Shown here piece by piece: positions 23,559-24,000 of a stretch of 24,000 bases of DNA. The notes under the pieces are model-generated. The model was not told where the DNA came from and did not search any database. It saw only the letters and a program-made list of their open reading frames with translations. Each line of letters begins with the position of its first letter. The first letter of the stretch is position 1. The stretch comes from Vibrio furnissii CIP 102972 (lineage in GTDB: Bacteria > Pseudomonadota > Gammaproteobacteria > Enterobacterales > Vibrionaceae): assembly GCF_000176175.1 (NCBI RefSeq), contig NZ_ACZP01000013.1, positions 799,695-823,694 on the forward strand, read 5' to 3'. Both the position numbers and the translations under genes were made by a program.

Positions 23559-24000
23559 TTATTGACCCATCATTGCGTGGTTGGCTTCAATTTGCATGTT
23601 GATGCTCTCGACTGCGGCATCCAACGCGCCTTTTGGATCTTGTTTATTGGTCGCGATAAGTTGCAGCGCACTGTTCGCAGGGCCCCAAACTTCGTTCATT
23701 TCAGGAATAGAAGGCATCGATGTGGAGTGAATAGATTGCATCGCGACTGCGCGCGCACCTGGGTCATTTTTAATCACCGGATCATCCACCAGCTTGGTCA
23801 CGGCCGGTACTTCACCCGTTAATTCAAAGCGGTGTTTCGCGTTGTCGTAGTTATTGATGAATTCAATAAACTCCTGGGCCAATGCTTTGTTTTTAGAGAA
23901 GGTCGAGATGCTATAACTCTTCACCCCCATAAACGATCCCATCGGCTCACCCGACGGCAGTTTAGGCAGTGGTGCAACACCGTAGTTGATGCCGGCTTCT
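23559..24000 (-). CDS. MalE/cyclodextrin-binding-like ABC substrate-binding protein (C-terminal ~147 aa; 5' part beyond window end)
   Basis: The track ORF 23559..23942 continues open to the window edge (...EAGINYGVAPLPKLPSGEPMGSFMGVK...). The C-terminal lobe is collinear with MalE (INYGV..LP; SMPSIPEMNEVWGP....L). Confidence 0.88.
   Translation of the reverse strand, partial: EAGINYGVAPLPKLPSGEPMGSFMGVKSYSISTFSKNKALAQEFIEFINNYDNAKHRFELTGEVPAVTKLVDDPVIKNDPGARAVAMQSIHSTSMPSIPEMNEVWGPANSALQLIATNKQDPKGALDAAVESINMQIEANHAMMGQ

Noticed and set aside
1-24000. Window-wide look for CRISPR repeats, tRNA/rRNA genes, IS elements, integrases, toxin-antitoxin pairs and known defence-system hallmarks
   Set aside because: No regularly spaced repeats, no cloverleaf-like or rRNA-like segments, and no transposase, recombinase, nuclease-helicase or other defence-type ORFs were seen in the six-frame track. 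The MazG-like and P-loop genes sit in core-like context rather than in a defence-island context.

Overview
24-kb chromosomal segment. Gene content and orthologue similarity suggest a Vibrio-like marine gammaproteobacterium, but that is inference only. I count about 27 protein-coding genes and recognised no rRNA, tRNA, CRISPR array, transposase, integrase or phage gene. Left to right: (1) the 5' part of a DcuS/CitA-family sensor kinase gene (minus strand, runs off the window); (2) a roughly 750-bp gene-poor gap holding one orphan 77-codon ORF; (3) a tightly coupled four-gene operon for a TolC-like outer-membrane factor, a HlyD-type adaptor and two ABC-2 permeases, with no ATPase gene; (4) a block of core genes: Pnk-like P-loop kinase, metA with tandem MetJ boxes, a pilW/pilF-like TPR lipoprotein, ygjP-rlmF-small membrane ORF, a glutaredoxin-like gene, a LysR regulator divergent from a YnfM-like MFS transporter, DUF1415-like, DUF2750-like and MazG-like genes; (5) from about 15.4 kb to the window end, a beta-galactoside/galactan utilisation block on the minus strand: MalE-like binding protein (partial), MalF-like and MalG-like permeases, GH53 endo-galactanase lipoprotein, GH42 beta-galactosidase, LamB-like porin, a chemoreceptor gene remnant and a LacA-like acetyltransferase. 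The observations most worth following up are the ATPase-less tripartite ABC-2 operon, the mosaic and probably acquired galactan block with its MCP remnant, two intrinsic terminators embedded inside convergent coding sequences, and several conserved genes of unknown function. I found no clear-cut novel multi-gene system such as a defence island. All family assignments come from reading the translated ORFs against remembered family hallmarks, and no database search was run.
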